Below are positions 1 to 8,600 of a stretch of 64,000 nucleotides of DNA, one piece after another (the stretch's first letter is position 1; every line of letters begins with the position of its first letter). Made by a program: the position numbers and the translations under genes. The DNA is taken from NCBI GenBank assembly GCA_031416315.1, contig JANOTL010000169.1, forward strand, positions 1 to 64,000. Direction: 5' to 3'. A model generated the notes under the pieces. That model did not search any database and was not told where the DNA came from. It was given only the letters and a program-made list of their open reading frames with translations. This stretch comes from Pseudomonadota bacterium (GTDB taxonomy: Bacteria; Bdellovibrionota_B; Oligoflexia; Oligoflexales; CAIYRB01).

Positions 1-1132
1 GCCCGAGGCCTACGAGAAGGCGACCGCCTACACGACGGACCCGACGAACCCGGGCCTCTACAACGGGCCCTTCGCCGTCAAAGAGATCAAGCTCGGCAGC
101 CACATCGTCCTCGAGAAAAATGCCAAGTTCGGCGGCCAAGCGGCGGCGATCGACAAGGTCATCGTCAAGTACATCCCGAACACGCAGACGCTCGAGGCGA
201 ACCTGATGTCGGGGACGATCGACCTCGTCAATGAAATCGGCATGTCGCTCGACCAGGCTCTGGCCTTTGAGAAAAGGATTCAGAAGGACCCGGCTTTGAA
301 AGCGAAGTTCAAGGTCCTTTACAACGACGGCTTGATCTACGAGCACGTCGACTTCAACCTCGACAACCCGATCCTGGCCGACGTCAACGTCAGGAAGGCG
401 ATGATCCACGCGATCGACCGCGACCGCCTGACTCAAGCGCTCTTCGAGGGCAAGCAGAAGAAGGCGATCTCGAACATCCATCCTCGCGACGTCTATTACA
501 CCGAGGACCTGGTGAAGTACGAGTACAGCGTCGAGAAGGCGAAGGGCCTCCTCGAGAAAGCCGGCTGGAAGCTCGGCGCCGCTGGCATCTACGAGAAGGA
601 CGGCAAAAGGCTCGCGCTGACGATCATGACGACCGCGCAGAACAAGACGCGCGAGCTCGTGGAAGTGTTCCTTCAGGGCGAGCTGAAGAAGATCGGCGTC
701 GAGCTGGCGATCCAGAACGAGCCGGCCCGCGTCTTCTTCGGCGAGACGATGAAGCACCGGAAGTTCCCGGGTCTCGCGATGTACGCCTGGACCTCGGCGC
801 CGGACGCGCCGCCGCGCACGACGCTCTGGTCGAACGAGATCCCGACGGAGAAGAACGGCTGGGCCGGCCAGAATTATCCGGGCTGGAAGAACGCGAAAGC
901 TGACGAGATCCTGGTCAACATCTACAAAGAGTTCGACCTGGCGCAGCGTCAGAAGATGATGGTCGAGCTGCAGAAGCTCTACACCGACGAAGCGCCGGTC
1001 ATCCCGCTCTACATGCGCTCGGAGATCGTGGTCGTCCCGACTGCGCTGAAGAACTTCCGCATGTCCGGTCACCAGTATTACTCGACCCTCGAGATCGAGA
1101 CCTGGAAGCTCGACTCGGCGCCGGCACACTGA
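1..1132 (+). CDS. Peptide/nickel ABC transporter substrate-binding protein (5'-truncated by window edge)
   Basis: Frame is open from position 2 (PEAYEKATAYTTDPTNPGLYNGPF...). SBP family 5 motifs FNLDNPILADVNVRKAMIHAIDR and APVIPLY. Followed by two permeases. Confidence 0.93.
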   Translation, partial: PEAYEKATAYTTDPTNPGLYNGPFAVKEIKLGSHIVLEKNAKFGGQAAAIDKVIVKYIPNTQTLEANLMSGTIDLVNEIGMSLDQALAFEKRIQKDPALKAKFKVLYNDGLIYEHVDFNLDNPILADVNVRKAMIHAIDRDRLTQALFEGKQKKAISNIHPRDVYYTEDLVKYEYSVEKAKGLLEKAGWKLGAAGIYEKDGKRLALTIMTTAQNKTRELVEVFLQGELKKIGVELAIQNEPARVFFGETMKHRKFPGLAMYAWTSAPDAPPRTTLWSNEIPTEKNGWAGQNYPGWKNAKADEILVNIYKEFDLAQRQKMMVELQKLYTDEAPVIPLYMRSEIVVVPTALKNFRMSGHQYYSTLEIETWKLDSAPAH

Positions 1133-1158
1133 TTTCCCAGATTTCTTAGGGGCTAGCC

Positions 1159-2133
1159 ATGGGCTCGTTCATCGTCCGCCGTCTGATCCAAACCCTTCTG
1201 GTCACCTTGGCGCTGTCGTTCGTGAGCTACTCGCTCATGGGCCTCATGCCGGGGGACCCGCTCGACATCGCCTGCCAGGCGAATCCGCACTGCACGCCGG
1301 AGAACCTGGTGACGATGAAAAAGACCTTGGGGCTCGATCAGCCGGTATACGTGCGCTACGGCAAATGGCTCGCCGGCATCGCCCAAGGGGATCTGGGGTA
1401 CTCGCGCACCTACCGGTTGCCGGTGACCCAGATCCTCGGGCCTCGCCTCGTCAACACCTTGTTTTTGAGCGGGACCTCGCTCCTTCTTTCGCTCGTGATC
1501 GCCATCCCGCTCGGCGTGTTCACGAGCCTGCGTCCGAACTCGAAGTTCGACTATTCGCTCAACATGTTCGCGTTCGCCGGGATCTCGATCCCGGCCTTCT
1601 GGCTCGGCCTGATGCTGATCATCGTGTTCGCGGTGAAGCTCAACTGGTTGCCGGCGGGGGGCACCGAGACCGTGGGCCTCGACGCCGAGATGGGCCTTTT
1701 CGAGGCGGCGTTCGACCGCTTGAAGTATCTGATCTTGCCGGTGACCAGCCTCTCCTTGCTGACGATCGCGTTCTGGGTGCGCTACACCCGGGCGAAGATG
1801 ATCGAGACCATGCGGCACGACTACGTGCGCACGGCCCGGGCGAAGGGGCTCAGCGAGCAGCGCGTGATTTACATGCACGGGCTGAGAAACGCCCTGATCC
1901 CAGTCGTGACCGTGGTGGCGCTCGGAATCTCGGGGATCTTTTCCGGCGCGGTGATCACCGAGACGGTGTTCGCGTATCAGGGCGCGGGAAAGCTCATTTT
2001 CGACTCGATCCTGGCCAACGACTACAACGTGGCGATGTGTAGCTTCATCATCACGAGTTTTCTGGTGTTGTTCATGAACTTGATTGCGGACGTGGCGTAC
2101 GCCTACCTCGACCCGCGCATCTCTTACGCTTGA
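1159..2133 (+). CDS. Peptide ABC transporter permease (OppB/DppB type)
   Basis: MPGDP, GLDQPVYVRY, GDLGYS, DYVRTARAKGL EAA loop, AYLDPRI. Confidence 0.95.
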   Translation: MGSFIVRRLIQTLLVTLALSFVSYSLMGLMPGDPLDIACQANPHCTPENLVTMKKTLGLDQPVYVRYGKWLAGIAQGDLGYSRTYRLPVTQILGPRLVNTLFLSGTSLLLSLVIAIPLGVFTSLRPNSKFDYSLNMFAFAGISIPAFWLGLMLIIVFAVKLNWLPAGGTETVGLDAEMGLFEAAFDRLKYLILPVTSLSLLTIAFWVRYTRAKMIETMRHDYVRTARAKGLSEQRVIYMHGLRNALIPVVTVVALGISGIFSGAVITETVFAYQGAGKLIFDSILANDYNVAMCSFIITSFLVLFMNLIADVAYAYLDPRISYA

Positions 2134-2143
2134 AGGGGGGACG

Positions 2144-3109
2144 ATGAGCTCCAATGCCACCTTGGCGGTCGCCGCCCACGCCGTCTCTCCGGTTGAAGCG
2201 AAGGACCCGCGCGCCAAATCGATGGTCCGGATCGCTTTCGAGCAGCTCCTCGAGCACCGCATCGCCGTGCTCAGCCTCGGCGTGATCGCGCTTTTTTGCG
2301 GCATCGCCGTGTTCGCCGACGTCATCGCCTGGGCGATGAATCTCGACCCGAACGCGCAGGACATCCTGAACCGCTACGGCGAGTTCTCGCGGGAGCACTG
2401 GCTGGGGACGGACGAGGCCGGACGGGACGTCCTGATCCGTCTCGTTTACGGAACGCGCGTCTCACTTGCAGTGGCGTTGCTCACGACCGTCAGTGCGACG
2501 ATCATCGGCATCACGGTCGGTTCGGTCGCGGGCTACTTCGGCGGCTTCATCGACACCGTGCTCATGCGCGTCACCGACTCATTGCTGGCTTTGCCCACGA
2601 TTCCGGTCCTGATCATCATGGCGAGCATTGATTTCACCAAGATCCCATGGCTCGGCGGGGTCGTGCCGTCCGACATGGTGAGCATCGTCAAGATGGTGCT
2701 CGTCCTGATGGTGTTCTCGTGGATGACGCAGGCGCGGCTCGTGCGTGGCGAGGTCCTGGCCAACAAGGATCTGGAGTTCGTGCTCGCGGCGCGCACCTCG
2801 GGTCTCAGCTCGGGCGCGATCATCTTGAAGGAGCTCTTGCCAAACGTGCTGTCGCCCGTGATCGTGTCGGTGACCTTGAGCGTCGGCTCGGCGATCCTTT
2901 ACGAGGCGGCGTTGAGCTTCCTCGGCTTAGGGATTCAGCCGCCGACGCCGTCTTGGGGCAACATGCTGAATAACGCGCAGGAACTCATCTACTCGGCGCC
3001 TTGGCTGGCCGTGATCCCCGGCATTTTGATATTGATCGTCGTGATGGCGTTCAATTTCTTGGGGGACGGGTTGCAGGATGCTTTGGATCCCAAGGCGATC
3101 AAGAGGTAG
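2144..3109 (+). CDS. Peptide ABC transporter permease (OppC/DppC type)
   Basis: HWLGTDEAGRD, EAALSFLGLGIQPPTPSWG, GDGLQDALDP. ATG at 2144 follows a GAAGGGGGG RBS. Confidence 0.95.
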   Translation: MSSNATLAVAAHAVSPVEAKDPRAKSMVRIAFEQLLEHRIAVLSLGVIALFCGIAVFADVIAWAMNLDPNAQDILNRYGEFSREHWLGTDEAGRDVLIRLVYGTRVSLAVALLTTVSATIIGITVGSVAGYFGGFIDTVLMRVTDSLLALPTIPVLIIMASIDFTKIPWLGGVVPSDMVSIVKMVLVLMVFSWMTQARLVRGEVLANKDLEFVLAARTSGLSSGAIILKELLPNVLSPVIVSVTLSVGSAILYEAALSFLGLGIQPPTPSWGNMLNNAQELIYSAPWLAVIPGILILIVVMAFNFLGDGLQDALDPKAIKR

Positions 3110-3117
3110 AGACGCGG

Positions 3118-3750
3118 TTAAAGCGGCGGACGGGCGAAGAGCTGGGTGGCGAAGTACTTCCCGGTCGCCTCGTCCTTATAGACGCCGACGCCGATGTACT
3201 CGTAGGCGCCCATCATGTTTTTGTAGTGACCCGGGCTCTTGAACCAGCCGTCGACGATGCCGACGGCGATGTCCTCGGGGCTGGCGCCGGGGAGACGGGC
3301 CACGCCGACGTTCTCGGCGCCAAGCTCGGGCTCGCCGTCATTGCCGAACTCCTTTTCGTATTGCTCGATGCGGGCGTCCGGGAAGCCGTCGTGGCTGATC
3401 TTGTCGACTTTCGCCTGCCCCTCGGACCAGCCGCGAGCCGCGAGATGCCAGCCGGCGTGGTGCTTGAGCGCGGCTTTGCCCTCGCTCTTGCGTTTGACGT
3501 TGGTGAGCTCGAACATGCGTAGAGCGATCTTGCAGCTCTCGTCTTCGGCGGGGTCCTGCTTATAGCAGCCGGTCTCAGCCGCGAGCAGCGTGTTCTCGGT
3601 CCGCGTGACCGGCCGGTTCGGGTCGCGGACCCGGACGGTCTTCACGTCGCCGGCGTCGGAGCCTCCGCCGTCGGGCGCCTCCTGCGACCCGCAGCTGGAG
3701 GCCAGGGCGAGGACATATATGGATAGGAAGAGAGGGTGAAGGCGTCGCAT
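3118..3750 (-). CDS. CAP/SCP domain lipoprotein
   Basis: Lipobox ASSC; GAENV, WFKSPGHYKNM, IGVGV, YFATQLF. Confidence 0.9.
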   Translation of the reverse strand: MRRLHPLFLSIYVLALASSCGSQEAPDGGGSDAGDVKTVRVRDPNRPVTRTENTLLAAETGCYKQDPAEDESCKIALRMFELTNVKRKSEGKAALKHHAGWHLAARGWSEGQAKVDKISHDGFPDARIEQYEKEFGNDGEPELGAENVGVARLPGASPEDIAVGIVDGWFKSPGHYKNMMGAYEYIGVGVYKDEATGKYFATQLFARPPL

Positions 3751-3969
3751 GCGCAGTGCTCACTAGCTAGGCGGTGTCACTTCCCTAGGCGCCTCCGGAG
3801 CTTTTCGGTCGTTCCAGGAGGAGCCTCAGTCTTGAGTTGTATCTATTTGATATTACGCAATAATTTCTGATTTTTGGCGAACGCCGAAAGTCAAGCGGCG
3901 CGTGGCTCCGCCCTTGCACAAAGTCGCTCGGGACCGTGGAACCTGGATTCAAACCGTGGGTGGAAGCTG

Positions 3970-5238
3970 ATGAAAACCAAATTCATGACCAAAGCCAGTG
4001 CCGTCGCCGTGAGCGTCATGCTCGCCTCTGGTTGCGGCGACATCGTGATCAAAGTGCAGAAGAAGCCGAAGAACGTCGACACCAGCGCGGTGAAGAACTT
4101 CAACGAGCTGAACCTGACCGGATCGCAAGACTTCCTGAAAGACATGGACAATCTGAAGGTCATCGCGGTCGACATCCTGATCAAAGAGATGAATCGCCGC
4201 GACTACCGCGCGATGCTCCGCAAAGCGGTCCGCGACTACAAGGCCCACATCGTCGCCAAGGCGACCGGACCCATCTCGATCGACGACTCGTTCTACACCG
4301 ACGTATCCAAGCAATGTCGCGGCAAGGGCCTCGACTTCAACATGGACGAAGCCAACGGCTTTCTCGGCATGATCCTCAAGACGGCCGTCCTCTCGAAGCT
4401 CTCCGAAGTGTCCGCCACCAAGCTGAACCCGGGCCTGACCAAAGAAGTCCAAGCCATCGGCCAGCTGATCATGAAAGAGCTCGGTCTCGTCGTCGAAGGC
4501 GGCGTGGACGTGGAAAAGGGCGAAGGCTCGACCATCACCAAAGGCGAAGTGACGATCTCCCTCACCCCGATCGAGGGCGAAGAGATCGACGACATGACGA
4601 AAAAAGCGGACGCCAGCGAGAAGCTCAAGCTCTCCTTCGTCCGTGACTTGGGCGACGACTACGTCGGCAGCTTCGACGCGAAGATCGCGCTCGAGCACAT
4701 GAAAGCGGACGAGTCGATGGAGACCCTCTCGGCCGAGCTGCGCGTCAAGCGCGAAGCGGTCGGCACGGGCCTCTTCAAGCACGGTCTCGATTTCAACCTG
4801 GGCACCGAAGGCCAAGCGGCGCACTACGCCCGTTCGATGACCTTCGAGCAGATGGACGGCGACAAGAAGAAGATCAAGGTCGTCGACACGATCAACCCGA
4901 ACACGGACAAGTCCGAAGCGTACACGACGCTTATCGACATAAAGGCCGGCACGCAGTGCAAGCTCACCCTCGACGACGGCAAAGGCGCCGGCGAAGATCC
5001 GAAGGACGACGGCAAGGGCGACGAAGGCGGCTTCATCCCGGGCAACGGCTCGGACGACGGTAAAGGCTCTGATGTTGGCTCGGGTAGCGAGACCGGCTCG
5101 GGCAGCGAGACCGGATCCGGAAGCGAGCCCGGCAAAGACGACGATTCCGACAAAGGCTCGGACGACGGTAAAGGCTCGACCCCCGGCCAAAACCCTGGTC
5201 AGACGCCCGGCCAAACGCCGTACCAGTCCAAGCCGTAA
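3970..5238 (+). CDS. Hypothetical lipoprotein with low-complexity C-terminal tail
   Basis: Lipobox ASGC after MKTKFMTK; strong GC3 coding bias; tail has GSGSET repeats, GSDDGKGS x2 and PGQT-type repeats. Confidence 0.85.
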   Translation: MKTKFMTKASAVAVSVMLASGCGDIVIKVQKKPKNVDTSAVKNFNELNLTGSQDFLKDMDNLKVIAVDILIKEMNRRDYRAMLRKAVRDYKAHIVAKATGPISIDDSFYTDVSKQCRGKGLDFNMDEANGFLGMILKTAVLSKLSEVSATKLNPGLTKEVQAIGQLIMKELGLVVEGGVDVEKGEGSTITKGEVTISLTPIEGEEIDDMTKKADASEKLKLSFVRDLGDDYVGSFDAKIALEHMKADESMETLSAELRVKREAVGTGLFKHGLDFNLGTEGQAAHYARSMTFEQMDGDKKKIKVVDTINPNTDKSEAYTTLIDIKAGTQCKLTLDDGKGAGEDPKDDGKGDEGGFIPGNGSDDGKGSDVGSGSETGSGSETGSGSEPGKDDDSDKGSDDGKGSTPGQNPGQTPGQTPYQSKP

Positions 5239-5261
5239 CCGGCCCTGACTCCCAAACACTC

Positions 5262-5293
5262 AAAAGAGCACGACCATAGGGTCGTGCTCTTTG
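5262..5293 (+). terminator. Intrinsic terminator hairpin
   Basis: AAAGAGCACGACC-ATAG-GGTCGTGCTCTTT, about 25 bp after the stop codon. Confidence 0.8.
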
Positions 5294-5534
5294 CCATTTC
5301 GCTCGTCAGCATCGTGTTCCACTACAACCGGCCGTCGATGAAGTTCGTGTCCGACTCCATGGAGCTCGACGTCCGCCCTCAATTCTATGCTGAACTATTA
5401 CTTTTTAACTCATAATTTTAACGATTTCATTATAATATATAATATTTTATTGAAATCTATCGTTTCCTGGCTTAGTTTGGGTCAGCCGCGCGCTGCCGCT
5501 GTCCCTGTCATGCTTGCTGCCTAGGAGGTCGAAA

Positions 5535-5615
5535 ATGCTACGAACCGCGTTCTTTGCCATGATCGTGATGCTTGAGCTCATTGCCTGCGGGAAGATCCCG
5601 CTGCCGAGTCCCTGA
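5535..5615 (+). CDS. Putative 26-aa small lipopeptide MLRTAFFAMIVMLELIACGKIPLPSP
   Basis: AGGAGG RBS at 5523-5528, hydrophobic core with LIAC-G lipobox-like site, AT-rich upstream region, hairpin downstream; below the ORF-track length cutoff. Confidence 0.5.
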   Translation: MLRTAFFAMIVMLELIACGKIPLPSP

Positions 5616-5642
5616 GCTAACCGCTGCCTTGTGATGCCAAGT

Positions 5643-5674
5643 AAAAGCCCTCGCTCCAAGGAGCGAGGGCATTT
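5643..5674. terminator. Bidirectional terminator hairpin
   Basis: AAAA-GCCCTCGCTCC-AA-GGAGCGAGGGC-ATTT between convergent ORFs. Confidence 0.75.
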
Positions 5675-5701
5675 CGACGTCTCATCCAGGGCCTCGGGGC
5701 C

Positions 5702-8488
5702 TCACTCGGTCGCGGGCGCGTCCGACGACGTCGAGGACGACGCAGCAGCGGCGGCTTCGGCATCGCGTGCGCGCTGGGCCTCGGCTTCGGCGGCGGCGGC
5801 GGCATCGGCTTCCTGCTGCTGCGAAGCGGCGGCGGCGGCATCGGCTTCCTGCTGTTGCGAAGCGGCGGCGGCCGCATCGGCTTCCTGCTGTTGCGAAGCA
5901 GCGGCGGCCGCATCGGCCTCCTGCTGACGCGAAGCGGCGGCGGCCGCATCGGCTTGCGACGTATCAGGAGCCGCCGGATCGGTTCGCGGCGTGTCAGTGC
6001 CCAAGGTCTGTTCCGCTTGCTGACTGATCGGGGTGTCGTTCGACGAAATGAGCGACGTCGACTCCAGCGCGATGGCCTCGGTTCCGGTCGGAGTCGGACG
6101 CTCCGTCTCTTCAGGCTTGGCGGGCGGGTTGCCTTGGAGGCCTTCCATCGCCGCGGCCGGCGTATCGGCCGGCTTGTCCGTCTTCGGGGCGTCCTCTGGC
6201 TTCGGCCCCTCTTCTGGCTTCGGCGCATCCGCTGTTTTCGGTGCGTCTCCCTCTTTCTTCTCACCTTCTTTGGGCTCTTCGGCTTTGGACTTCTCGATGG
6301 TCTCGACGCCGCTCTTCAACTTTTCGTACCCTTTCTCGAGGGTCTTGTAGTTCTTCGTCGCGTCCTTCAGCGCCGAGAAGTCGCTGGTGCCCGGTGGCTG
6401 CAGCTTCACGTCTTTGATCGCGCCGATGACGCCCCGCTTCGCCGCATCCTTAACGTCATCGATCTTGTCGCCGACGTATTTCTCCGCCTGCTTGATGGGG
6501 TTCACGTCGTCGATCTTGTCCTTGATCGCGCCGAGCTGCTTGCCGACGCCGGTCTGGGCGAATTCTTTCTTGCCTTGCGCGACGAGAGCGTCCTGCACGT
6601 TGGAGATCGCGTCGCCGCCGGTCTTGTATTGCGCCTGGATCGCCTTGTCTTGTTGCTCTTTGTCGCCGGTCGCAAAGTCTTTGACGTTCTTGCCGGTCTG
6701 GTAGAGCGTCCCGACGACGGGGGCGTCGGAGAGCAGCTTGTCGGCGCGGTTGCCTAGCGCCGTCGTATCACCGGTCAAGACCTCGCCGCCGAACTTGCCG
6801 ACCTCTGAGACCGTGTCGGTGACGCCCTTGATTTTTTCTTCCGCGGCCTTTTTCAGGGTCGCGGACGGGTCGACCGCCAGGTCTTTGGCGAATTGGATTT
6901 GCTCGCCGGTCTTCTTGCCGATTTTGTCGATGGCGTCGGTCGTATTCTTGCCGAAGGCGCCGAGCGTGCCGCCGATACCGTCGCCCAAGCCCTCGCCGAA
7001 GGCTTTGCCTTGCTCGCCAGCGACATACTCACCCGCTTTGCCGAGCGCCCTTCCGGACGCGTCGCCGTAGATCTTGGCTTGCTCTTGGACGCCCTTCGCC
7101 AGCTCTTTGTTAGGATCGAACGTGTCGACCTTGATGTCCTGCTTCGCGAACTGACGGTCGTTCTCGGTCTTCGCGGCGGCACCGGCCTTGACTTCTTCCT
7201 CCTCGACCTTGCGGAGCTCGGAGAGGAGCGCCTGCTCCCTGAATCTGGTGCTGTTGAGCACCGCCCGCGCCGTCTCCATCTCCGACTTCTTCGTCCCCCA
7301 AACGTCAGTGTAAGAGTCGTTATAGTTCGACGCTTTTTGCTGCGCTTGCTCAGCGGCCTCGCGCGTGACGTTGGAGTGTTCGCGGATTTGCTGCTCGAGC
7401 TCTTTCTTGCGATCACCGACGGTCTTGTCGAGCCCTAGGCCTTGGTCTTCGTCTTCGTCTTCGCCGCTGAGGCCAAGCCCATTGCCCGAAGACGCGGAAC
7501 TGACGCCGCCGCGATAGTTCACCGCGGGAAGGGTGCGCGCGTAGCCTTCCATGTGCGCTTCCACCAGACGGAAGGTCGAGTAAGTGCGCGGGAAGAAGTG
7601 CTCCATGACTTTACGCGTGTCGGTCAGGTATGCGAACAGCGGCGCATCGGAAGGCTGCTTGATGCGCTTTGCGGTCTTCGTCTCAAAGAACGCGTCGCCG
7701 CCGGTACGGCAGTAGTAGGAGTCGAATGCCTCGCCGACGACGAAATTCATGAAGTTGTAAACGGCTTCGGGAGATGCCTTCGCTCCGGTCAGCGGGTTCG
7801 CAGCGTTCGCGGCCAAGTTCCTGCGCACGATGCCGTCGATACCGGCGCCGAGGAGACCTTCTTGCGCCTTCAAATTGAAGACCTGCGACGACGCGACGTC
7901 GGTCAAAAAGGCCTTGGTCAGCTCGACTTTGAGGAGGGAGAAACCTGGATCTTTGGCGAAGACGTCGGCGATGAGGTAGCCCATGGTCCGCACCGTGCCG
8001 TGGCGAATCGTCTCGGCGTCGGGGTTCGAGACGAGAGTGAGGCCTTCGAAGCCCTTTTCCATCGTCGTCGTCCCGGAGCCGAACGGAATGTTGACGAGGC
8101 AGGAGGCGAAGACGGGCGACTTGCCTTTGAAGCGTACGGCGCCGTTGAAGTTGCAATACTGCGCGGCGTTCGGCGTGATCAAGACCTTACCGTTACGCGC
8201 CTGGAAGATCTTGATCGCGGCGTCGGGAACGGCGGAGAGCGCGAGGATCAGCTCGGCGCTCAGCTTTTTGGCAAGGGCCACGTCCGTGACGTCGACGAAT
8301 GCCGCGACCTTGTTGCGTGGATCGCGCTTGTCAAGCTGGTCGGCCGGCGCCGAGCAAGCGTTCACCCTGACGTCCTCGTTCAAGGCGAAGTTTTCCAAGG
8401 TCTTCAACTTCGATGCGGCCTTCGGCTTGCAGGCACTGAGCGACACCATCCCGATCACGAGGGTGGTGAAGACGCGAAATAAACGCAT
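5702..8488 (-). CDS. Large lipoprotein: ATLF/LFn-like N-terminal domain, helical Gly/Lys/Asp-rich region and repetitive tail
   Basis: Lipobox LSAC; N-terminal domain aligns with 23284-24111 (EAFDSYYC vs EAQDSYYC); C-terminal EADAAAAASQQQ repeats. Confidence 0.85.
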   Translation of the reverse strand: MRLFRVFTTLVIGMVSLSACKPKAASKLKTLENFALNEDVRVNACSAPADQLDKRDPRNKVAAFVDVTDVALAKKLSAELILALSAVPDAAIKIFQARNGKVLITPNAAQYCNFNGAVRFKGKSPVFASCLVNIPFGSGTTTMEKGFEGLTLVSNPDAETIRHGTVRTMGYLIADVFAKDPGFSLLKVELTKAFLTDVASSQVFNLKAQEGLLGAGIDGIVRRNLAANAANPLTGAKASPEAVYNFMNFVVGEAFDSYYCRTGGDAFFETKTAKRIKQPSDAPLFAYLTDTRKVMEHFFPRTYSTFRLVEAHMEGYARTLPAVNYRGGVSSASSGNGLGLSGEDEDEDQGLGLDKTVGDRKKELEQQIREHSNVTREAAEQAQQKASNYNDSYTDVWGTKKSEMETARAVLNSTRFREQALLSELRKVEEEEVKAGAAAKTENDRQFAKQDIKVDTFDPNKELAKGVQEQAKIYGDASGRALGKAGEYVAGEQGKAFGEGLGDGIGGTLGAFGKNTTDAIDKIGKKTGEQIQFAKDLAVDPSATLKKAAEEKIKGVTDTVSEVGKFGGEVLTGDTTALGNRADKLLSDAPVVGTLYQTGKNVKDFATGDKEQQDKAIQAQYKTGGDAISNVQDALVAQGKKEFAQTGVGKQLGAIKDKIDDVNPIKQAEKYVGDKIDDVKDAAKRGVIGAIKDVKLQPPGTSDFSALKDATKNYKTLEKGYEKLKSGVETIEKSKAEEPKEGEKKEGDAPKTADAPKPEEGPKPEDAPKTDKPADTPAAAMEGLQGNPPAKPEETERPTPTGTEAIALESTSLISSNDTPISQQAEQTLGTDTPRTDPAAPDTSQADAAAAASRQQEADAAAAASQQQEADAAAAASQQQEADAAAAASQQQEADAAAAAEAEAQRARDAEAAAAASSSTSSDAPATE
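5790..5958 (-). repeat. 36-bp coding tandem repeat (~4.5 copies, EADAAAAASQQQ)
   Basis: GCGGCGGCGGCxGCATCGGCTTCCTGCTGxTGCGAA repeated head to tail with no spacers. Confidence 0.9.
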
Positions 8489-8600
8489 GTCGGGCCTCGT
8501 ACTTGAGAATAGGGAGATACCTACTTCTCGTCACAAGCGCCTCGGAGCATGAGCGCAAAATTTCGTGTCTTTATGCCAAAAAATTTCAGCTAGTTGCAAC

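Noticed and set aside
5420..5460. AT-rich palindrome as a dif site or origin
   Set aside because: Does not fit the 11-6-11 XerC/XerD consensus without gaps; no DnaA-box cluster or dnaA/parAB context.
5790..5958. 36-bp repeats as a possible CRISPR array
   Set aside because: Head-to-tail with no unique spacers, in frame within a CDS (12-aa unit), and no cas genes in the window.
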